Source of the DNA: Candidatus Omnitrophota bacterium | GTDB taxonomy: Bacteria; Ratteibacteria; UBA8468; MWAK01 | DNA length: 55,867 nucleotides | Reading direction: 5' to 3' | NCBI GenBank assembly: GCA_043797665.1 | Contig: JAZDPL010000060.1 | Location: 1-55,867 of the forward strand | Part shown: in pieces, positions 55,735-55,867 of the stretch | Layout of the letters: each line of letters begins with the position of its first letter | Position numbering within the stretch: the first letter of the stretch is position 1 | The notes under the pieces: model-generated | Database searches by the model: none | Told to the model about the DNA's origin: nothing | The model's input: only the letters and a program-made list of their open reading frames with translations | Program-made: the position numbers and the translations under genes

Positions 55735-55867
55735 ATTACCCCGTGCTTCCGCACGGGGCATTGGGACATTAAAAATGTTTGTATTCAACATTCAAGGTAG
55801 GGGCTTGATTTATCAAGCCCGCGGGTCGGATAAATCCGACCCCTACAATTTTGATTGCAAAACAGAT
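55735..55867 (+). repeat. second copy of the 133-bp composite repeat (hairpin + palindrome + REP R9 at 55797-55846 + tail); the window ends exactly at its last base
   Basis: Matches 29304-29436 with 1 mismatch. Confidence 0.85.

Noticed and set aside
4753-55846. REP copies considered as a possible CRISPR array
   Set aside because: The copies are 3-22 kb apart and separated by genes. They are not regularly spaced with short unique spacers, and no cas genes are present.

Overview
This 55.9-kb window reads like a complete contig from an uncultured bacterium. Its right edge stops inside a repeat, which fits an assembly break there. The DUF1559 prepilin-like H-X9-DG protein and the many Gfo/Idh/MocA, TIM-barrel and URO-D-like genes suggest a PVC-type lineage, but this is inference only. 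Gene density is high, with about 45 CDS and 2 tRNAs. Left to right: a HEPN/MNT toxin-antitoxin pair, a large hexapeptide-repeat protein, a secreted amidohydrolase, tRNA-Ser, nitroreductase, lon-clpP-tig, tRNA-Tyr, a four-gene URO-D-like x2 / Gfo-Idh-MocA / sugar-phosphate-isomerase cluster, a HAD phosphatase, a DinG helicase with a DnaQ-like exonuclease domain, TPR proteins, cspA, a TolB-like propeller, an Amidase_3, glgA-GH57-DUF1015, pyrE, an SPFH protein, tyrA, and a radical-SAM protein. The most interesting part is a ~15-kb accessory locus at 33.6-49.6 kb. It holds a GntR/LacI-type regulator, a DUF1559 pseudopilin-like protein, a tandemly duplicated cassette of ~940-aa secreted proteins alternating with three LamG/ConA-like jellyroll proteins, two further unknown proteins (416 and 696 aa), and a second URO-D-like + Gfo/Idh/MocA pair. 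A fic-rlmN-purF operon, an FGGY kinase, an AllA-like cupin and a TPR lipoprotein follow. Intergenic DNA is unusually rich in structured repeats. There is a BIME-like mosaic family of 50-bp double-hairpin REP elements (9 copies, all in one orientation) with associated modules. Three further small repeat families occur, including a MITE-like inverted-repeat-flanked insert. Both tRNA loci carry nested duplications of the tRNA T-loop/3' end with a shared junction, which looks like the footprint of integrative elements. No CRISPR array, rRNA, transposase or integrase gene was seen.
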